Virus record (IMG/VR): IMGVR_UViG_3300017751_000109 | Span: 1-31,893 of that record | Length of the DNA stretch: 31,893 bases | Origin: a virus | Lineage: Duplodnaviria; Caudoviricetes | Strand: one strand, 5' to 3' | Shown here: piece after piece, positions 26,710 to 31,893 of the stretch | Layout of the letters: the number at the start of each line of letters is the position of its first letter | Position numbering within the stretch: the stretch's first letter is position 1 | Program-made: the position numbers and the translations under genes | Notes under the pieces: generated by a model | Database searches by the model: none | What the model was told of the DNA's origin: nothing | The model's input: the letters and a program-made list of their open reading frames with translations, nothing else

Positions 26710-27905
26710 TGCCTATTGATACCACTCATGATGCAGCACAGCGAATAGCTGGCTCTACCGATTATAACGACCATGTATTTAGTCTTGATTCAAATGGAGA
26801 CCCTTATGGATATCAAGTATCTAATGCAATAGTCCATATTGACGACACCACTGTTGATAGTAATGGTGATGAAATTGGATACAATCTTTACTTAGACGCA
26901 CAAACAATGGTTACTGACGGCTCGTTAGTAATGGGTACAATAGCATCAAAAGAATTATATTTTGCTACAGACGGAACTATACGTGCAAAGTTTACTACTG
27001 ATGGTTACTTTGATTTATTAAGTTCAAAACTTAAATTAAATGGTAATTCTGGTGCAGCTAACCAAGTAATGAAATCTGATGGTTATGGAAATCTAAGTTG
27101 GACAGATTTACCAAATCAACAACAAGCTTTTGGAAATATAGTTGTAACGGGTGAAGACACCATACAAGCAGATACTACTGGCGATACCTTAAATTTAGTA
27201 GCTGGTTCAGGTATAAGTCTTTCTACTGATGGAGGTAGTGATACCTTAACTATAAGTGCTTCTGGTGGAGGAGCAGCACAAGCGTTTAAAAATATTATTG
27301 CTGGTGGCAGTACAATGATTGCCGATAGTAATGAGGATACTCTTACATTAGTTGCTGGCTCTAACGTAACAATTACATCAGATTCAACAACAGATACTAT
27401 AACAATTGCTGCAAGTACAAGTGGTGATGTTAACCAAAGTGCTTTTACCCAAGTAGCTTCTACAAATCAAAATACTATACAAGCTAATGCTGAAAGTGAT
27501 ACATTAACTATTGATTCTGATGACGAAAGTTCTTTAGATACAAGGTATAAAGCTGACCGTGACCAGATAGATATAATAACCGATAGTTCAACAAAAACTG
27601 TTAAAGTGAACAGTAAAGTACCTAAGACTTTATCAATGGTTGGTAAAGCACCCGTAGTTACTAAACTAGGAGAAAATTCTGGAGTGCCTTTAAGAAATAA
27701 ATTTTTTAATGTAGCCACATCAGATGCTGTTTCTGGAAGTGGAGGATACGTAGGTGTTAGCACCAGAAGTCTACCTTTATTACAAAGCTCAGGTTCTGTA
27801 GTAGACATACTTATGCCAGCAAAAAGTGACAATTCAACTTTACAACTTACATACTTAGATAGCTCAGGTACAGAAGACATAATAGACATGGAAGTAGCTG
27901 AATAA
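26709..27905 (+). CDS. Fibre/whisker-like structural protein with three AF...TIxADxxxDTL repeats
   Basis: QAFGNIVVTGEDTIQADTTGDTLNLVAGSGI; QAFKNIIAGGSTMIADSNEDTLTLVAGSNV; SAFTQVASTNQNTIQANAESDTLTI. Confidence 0.7.
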   Translation: MPIDTTHDAAQRIAGSTDYNDHVFSLDSNGDPYGYQVSNAIVHIDDTTVDSNGDEIGYNLYLDAQTMVTDGSLVMGTIASKELYFATDGTIRAKFTTDGYFDLLSSKLKLNGNSGAANQVMKSDGYGNLSWTDLPNQQQAFGNIVVTGEDTIQADTTGDTLNLVAGSGISLSTDGGSDTLTISASGGGAAQAFKNIIAGGSTMIADSNEDTLTLVAGSNVTITSDSTTDTITIAASTSGDVNQSAFTQVASTNQNTIQANAESDTLTIDSDDESSLDTRYKADRDQIDIITDSSTKTVKVNSKVPKTLSMVGKAPVVTKLGENSGVPLRNKFFNVATSDAVSGSGGYVGVSTRSLPLLQSSGSVVDILMPAKSDNSTLQLTYLDSSGTEDIIDMEVAE

Positions 27906-30900
27906 TGGCAGAAAAAACGCCAGTAAGAGTTAATTATGACGGTAGTAATAACGCTATCGGCTTTGCTGAATTACAAGCAGCAGATTTTATAGGTATAGAT
28001 GATGGTGGTACTGGTGCCATTACTGCATCTGGTGCAAGAACTGCATTAGGTATTGAGATTGGCGTTAACGTACAAGGTTACGACCAAGACTTAGCAACAA
28101 TAGCAGGACTATCTCACGCAGATGGTGCTTTTATTGTTTCCAATGGTTCTGCATGGACTGTCGAAAGTGGTGCAACAGCAAGAACTTCTTTAGGTTTAGG
28201 TACATCTGATACAGTCACATTTAGTGGTTTATCTGTTACTAACAATGTAACAATTACAGGTAATTTAACTGTTGACGGTACACAAACAATTCTTAATACT
28301 GAAACATTAACAGTAGACGATAACACAATAGTTTTAAACAATAATGTAACTGGCTCTCCAACAGAAAATGCTGGTATAGAAATTGAGAGAGGAACATCAG
28401 CTAATAAATCATTACTATGGGACGAAACAAATGATTATTGGACAGTAGGTTCAGACGGATTTGTTGCATCTTCTTTCACTGGTGCATTGAGTGCTACATC
28501 TACAATTGAAGATGGTGTCACAGCTACAACTCAAAGTTCTAGTGATAATAGTACTAAATTAGCAACTACCGCTTATGTTGATGCTCAAGTATCGACAGAA
28601 GATACATTAGAAGAAATGAACGATGTATCATTCTCAAGTTTAGCTAGTGGTGACTTTTTAAGATACAATGGCTCTAACTGGATTAATGACCCAGTCAACT
28701 TATCTACAGACACTATAGGTGATTATGTAGAAAGCTTAGTAGCTGGTACTGGTATCAGTGTTAGTGTTAACTCAGGTGAAGGACAAACACCAACAGTAGC
28801 AGTAACAATGTCTTCATTTGACACAGCTGATTTAACAGAAGGAACTAATCTTTACTATACAAACGCTAGAGCAGATGCTCGTATAGCAGCAGCTAGTGTT
28901 GGAGATTTATCTGATATAACTTTAACTTCTACACAAACAGGTGACATCCTTAGATACAATGGTTCAGCATTTATTAATGAACCACTTAATTTAGGAACAG
29001 ATACTGAAGGTGCATACGTTGCAAGCCTTGTTGCTGGAACAGGTATAGACCTTTCTAACAATACTGGAGAAACAGCAACACCAACTATTACAGTTGATTT
29101 TGGTGACTTTAGTACTACTGACTTAGCAGAGGGAACAAACCTTTACTATACTACTGCAAGATTTGATACAGCTTTTACAGGTAAAGATACTGGTGACTTG
29201 TCTGAAGGAAGTAACCTTTATTACACAGACGCAAGGGCTGACGCTAGAATTGCAGCTGCTACTACAGATGATTTAACTGAAGGTAGTAATTTATACTTTA
29301 CCTCAGAAAGAGTAGACGATAGAGTCGCTGCATTATTAGTAGATTCTACATCAAGTGGAATAGACATTAGCTATGACGACACAAACAATCAATTAACTTT
29401 AACTGTAGACCTACCAGAAGTAGAAGATGCTTTAGAAGACATCGTAAATGGACTTGTAGTTGGAGGAACAGGAATAACATCTACTTATGATGACACTGCT
29501 GGAACATTAACTTTAACCATACCTCAAGAAGTAGGAACATCAAGCGATGTAACTTTTAATCAGGTTACTGCTGACTTAGTTGGAAACGTCACAGGTAATG
29601 TCACAGGTAATGTAACTGGTAACGTTACTGGTACTGTTTCATCTATAGCAAATCATGATACAGACTCTCTAACAGAGGGCTCAACTAATCTTTACTATAC
29701 CGATGCAAAAGCTAGAGCTTCTGTTTCTGTTACTGATTCTGGAGGAGATGGTTCACTGTCATATGACAACTCGACAGGAGTTATAACATATACTGGACCA
29801 TCTGCTTCAGAAGTCAGAGCACACATATCTGGTGGTACTGGTGTAACAATTACATCAGGTGAAATTGTAATAGGTCAGTCAGTTGGAACTACTGACAACG
29901 TAACATTTAATAACATAGATGCAGACGGAAACGTTGTTATCGATGGTAACTTAACTGTATCAGGAACAACAACATCTGTTAACACAGAGACAATAGAATT
30001 AGCAGATAATGTTATCCTTCTTAACTCAAACGCTACAGGTAATGCTTCTCAGAATGCAGGTATTGAGATTGAAAGAGGCGATGATAGTAATAAGACATTA
30101 GTTTGGAATGAAAGCACAGACAAGTGGTCTGTAGGTAGTGAGACATTTGTAGCAGGGACTTTTGAAGGAGCTTTGACTGGAAATGTCACAGGTACTGTTT
30201 CAGACATATCTAATCATTCAACTACTGACTTATCTGAGGGAACAAACCTCTATTATACAGATGCTAGAGTTTCAGCTTACCACACAGGTGGAACTGGAAT
30301 AACATATAGCTCTGGAGCAATAAGCATAGACTTTTCAGAGTTTGATACAGATAGTATGGTTGAAGGTACTACAAACCTTTATCATACTGCTACAAGAGCT
30401 AGAGCATCCTTAACAGGTAGTACAGGAATTACTTATGACAACAGCACAGGTGCTATAAGTATTGATGGTACTGTAGCTACGTTAGCTGACTCTCAAACAC
30501 TAACTAATAAAGTAGTTAATTTTGAAAACAACACAGCAATAATTGAATATGCTGTAACAGTATCCAATGCTTCAGGTGGTAATAAATTCTACCTAGACGG
30601 ACAACTAGCAAGTACTGTACAATTACTTCCAGGTGTAACATATAGATTTGATACATCAGACTCCTCAACATCTGGTCATCCATTTGCTTTATCTGAAACT
30701 AAAGACGGTTCACATAATAGTGGTTCTAGTTACACAACAGGTGTAACAACTAATGGTTCACAAGGCTCAACAGGTTCATATCTACAAATAGTAGTAGACG
30801 GTATGACACCTAACTTGTACTACTACTGTACAGCACACTCTGGTATGGGTAATGATGGAATGCTTCGTGTAAAAACACAAGATACTGATGACGTATCAGA

Positions 30901-31893
30901 AGGTTCAAATAATTTATATTATACAGATACAAGAGTACAAAATAAGATAGATAGTTATGTAAGTGGTAGCACAGGAATTAATTTTAGCTCTGGTGCTATA
31001 TCAATAGACTCAACAGTAGTAACTGAAAGCTCTACTGATACTCTTACAAATAAAACAATAAACTTTGAAGACAATACTGCAATTATAAAGTTTGCAGTTA
31101 CTGTTTCTAACCCTGGCTCTGGCAACAAATATTATTTAGATACAGAGCTAAATGCAAATGTACAACTTATTCCAGGTATTACATATAGGTTCGACCAATC
31201 TGATAATTCTAACTCTGGACATCCTATACTTTTATCTACAACTAAAAATGGTACTCATGCTTCTGGTGCTAACTATACAACTGGTGTTACAACAAACGGA
31301 ACTCCAGGTACATCAGGTGCTTATACACAAATTGTTGTAGACGCTGCTACTGCTGATACTCTTTACTACTATTGTCAACATCACTCTGGTATGGGTGGTG
31401 ATGGAGTTATATCTGTACAAGGACTTTCTTTAGCAGACAGTACTACTGATGATTTAACAGAAGGTTCAACAAACTTATATTACACCACAGCTAGATGGGA
31501 TACTAAGATGGCTGCTGCTGATACAGGAGATTTATCAGAAGGCTCAAATCTTTACTATACAGATACAAGAGTTGGTACATACTTAACAAATAATACATAC
31601 GCTACTCAAAGCTATGTAAACACACAAGTTTCAAATTTAGTAGATTCAGCACCAGGTACATTAGACACTCTTAATGAATTAGCAGCTGCTTTAGGAGATG
31701 ACGCTAGTTTCTCTACTACTGTAACAAATAGTATTGCAACTAAGTTAGCTACTGCTGACTTTAACTCAACCTTTGATACACAATTAGCTACAAAAGATAC
31801 AGCCGATTTAGCTGAAGGAACAAACTTATATTTCACAAATGCACGAGCTGATGCAAGAATAGCAGCAGCAACTACTGATGACCTAACAGAAGG
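27905..31893 (+). CDS. Very long repeat-rich tail fibre protein (partial, >1329 codons, runs off the right edge; absent from the ORF track)
   Basis: ATG at 27905 overlaps the previous TAA. Starts MAEKTPVRVNYDGSNNAIGFAEL...GGTGAITASGARTALG; the same frame reads ...AAATTDDLTEG at the edge. Contains DLxEGxNLYYT repeats, GNLTVxGT...AGIEIERG modules and APGTLDTLNELAAALGDD. Confidence 0.9.
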   Translation, partial: MAEKTPVRVNYDGSNNAIGFAELQAADFIGIDDGGTGAITASGARTALGIEIGVNVQGYDQDLATIAGLSHADGAFIVSNGSAWTVESGATARTSLGLGTSDTVTFSGLSVTNNVTITGNLTVDGTQTILNTETLTVDDNTIVLNNNVTGSPTENAGIEIERGTSANKSLLWDETNDYWTVGSDGFVASSFTGALSATSTIEDGVTATTQSSSDNSTKLATTAYVDAQVSTEDTLEEMNDVSFSSLASGDFLRYNGSNWINDPVNLSTDTIGDYVESLVAGTGISVSVNSGEGQTPTVAVTMSSFDTADLTEGTNLYYTNARADARIAAASVGDLSDITLTSTQTGDILRYNGSAFINEPLNLGTDTEGAYVASLVAGTGIDLSNNTGETATPTITVDFGDFSTTDLAEGTNLYYTTARFDTAFTGKDTGDLSEGSNLYYTDARADARIAAATTDDLTEGSNLYFTSERVDDRVAALLVDSTSSGIDISYDDTNNQLTLTVDLPEVEDALEDIVNGLVVGGTGITSTYDDTAGTLTLTIPQEVGTSSDVTFNQVTADLVGNVTGNVTGNVTGNVTGTVSSIANHDTDSLTEGSTNLYYTDAKARASVSVTDSGGDGSLSYDNSTGVITYTGPSASEVRAHISGGTGVTITSGEIVIGQSVGTTDNVTFNNIDADGNVVIDGNLTVSGTTTSVNTETIELADNVILLNSNATGNASQNAGIEIERGDDSNKTLVWNESTDKWSVGSETFVAGTFEGALTGNVTGTVSDISNHSTTDLSEGTNLYYTDARVSAYHTGGTGITYSSGAISIDFSEFDTDSMVEGTTNLYHTATRARASLTGSTGITYDNSTGAISIDGTVATLADSQTLTNKVVNFENNTAIIEYAVTVSNASGGNKFYLDGQLASTVQLLPGVTYRFDTSDSSTSGHPFALSETKDGSHNSGSSYTTGVTTNGSQGSTGSYLQIVVDGMTPNLYYYCTAHSGMGNDGMLRVKTQDTDDVSEGSNNLYYTDTRVQNKIDSYVSGSTGINFSSGAISIDSTVVTESSTDTLTNKTINFEDNTAIIKFAVTVSNPGSGNKYYLDTELNANVQLIPGITYRFDQSDNSNSGHPILLSTTKNGTHASGANYTTGVTTNGTPGTSGAYTQIVVDAATADTLYYYCQHHSGMGGDGVISVQGLSLADSTTDDLTEGSTNLYYTTARWDTKMAAADTGDLSEGSNLYYTDTRVGTYLTNNTYATQSYVNTQVSNLVDSAPGTLDTLNELAAALGDDASFSTTVTNSIATKLATADFNSTFDTQLATKDTADLAEGTNLYFTNARADARIAAATTDDLTE
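28820..31893 (+). repeat. Dispersed protein-level repeat TxDLxEGx(x)NLY(Y/F)TxxR: 11 complete copies plus 1 truncated
   Basis: Copies start near 28820, 29111, 29186, 29261, 29657, 30218, 30344, 30881, 31439, 31520, 31796 and 31871. Confidence 0.85.
29582..29632 (+). repeat. 12-bp coding tandem repeat (GNVT x4)
   Basis: GGAAACGTCACA GGTAATGTCACA GGTAATGTAACT GGTAACGTTACT GGT. Confidence 0.85.

Noticed and set aside
1008-31836. The many short minus-strand ORFs and nested plus-strand ORFs in the track (e.g. 1966..2370, 14260..14697, 24547..24783, 27467..27889, 31152..31340)
   Set aside because: They lie within long, well-supported + strand genes, have Ser/Leu/Phe-rich shadow compositions typical of antisense or off-frame reads, and show no recognisable motifs.
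28820-31893. CRISPR-like array from the recurring GAAGG...AAYCTTTACTATAC sequence
   Set aside because: The copies vary at synonymous positions, are irregularly spaced and stay in frame, so they are protein repeats.
1-31893. Stop-codon reassignment, tRNA or other RNA genes
   Set aside because: The standard code gives near-complete coding density, with TAA and TAG used as stops. Intergenic gaps are under 100 nt and show no cloverleaf.

Overview
Late (morphogenesis) region of a low-GC, long-tailed (siphovirus-type) dsDNA phage. All real genes are on the + strand and tightly packed, many with TAATG stop/start overlaps. Gene order: the C-terminal end of a head-associated gene, HK97-type prohead protease, HK97-fold major capsid protein, a cUUCGg terminator, a Lys/Ala-rich protein, head-tail adaptor, an HTH/Zn-ribbon protein, head closure protein, a giant 1259-aa protein in the neck (HK97 gp10) slot, tail terminator, major tail protein, tail assembly chaperones joined by a -1 frameshift (CCCAAAA), a 2183-aa tape measure protein, distal tail and hub genes, then several fibre/accessory genes. 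The window ends inside a >1300-aa repeat-rich fibre gene (27905 to the edge) that the ORF track missed. The tail chaperone looks actinophage-like and the fibres look like those of aquatic phages, so a low-GC aquatic actinobacterial host is plausible (inference). Most unusual points: (1) a hub gene split inside a LamG domain, with an apparently catalytically dead GH24 lysozyme fold between the two halves; (2) the giant neck-slot protein; (3) a promoter-like motif AWTAMC-N21-TANNNT at five sites, two apparently leaderless, plus a sigma-region-4-like/TerS-like/Zn-ribbon protein that could read it; (4) fibres rich in metal ligands (11 HxH motifs; two cupredoxin-like H/C/H/M domains). All family calls come from motif recognition by eye; no searches were run.
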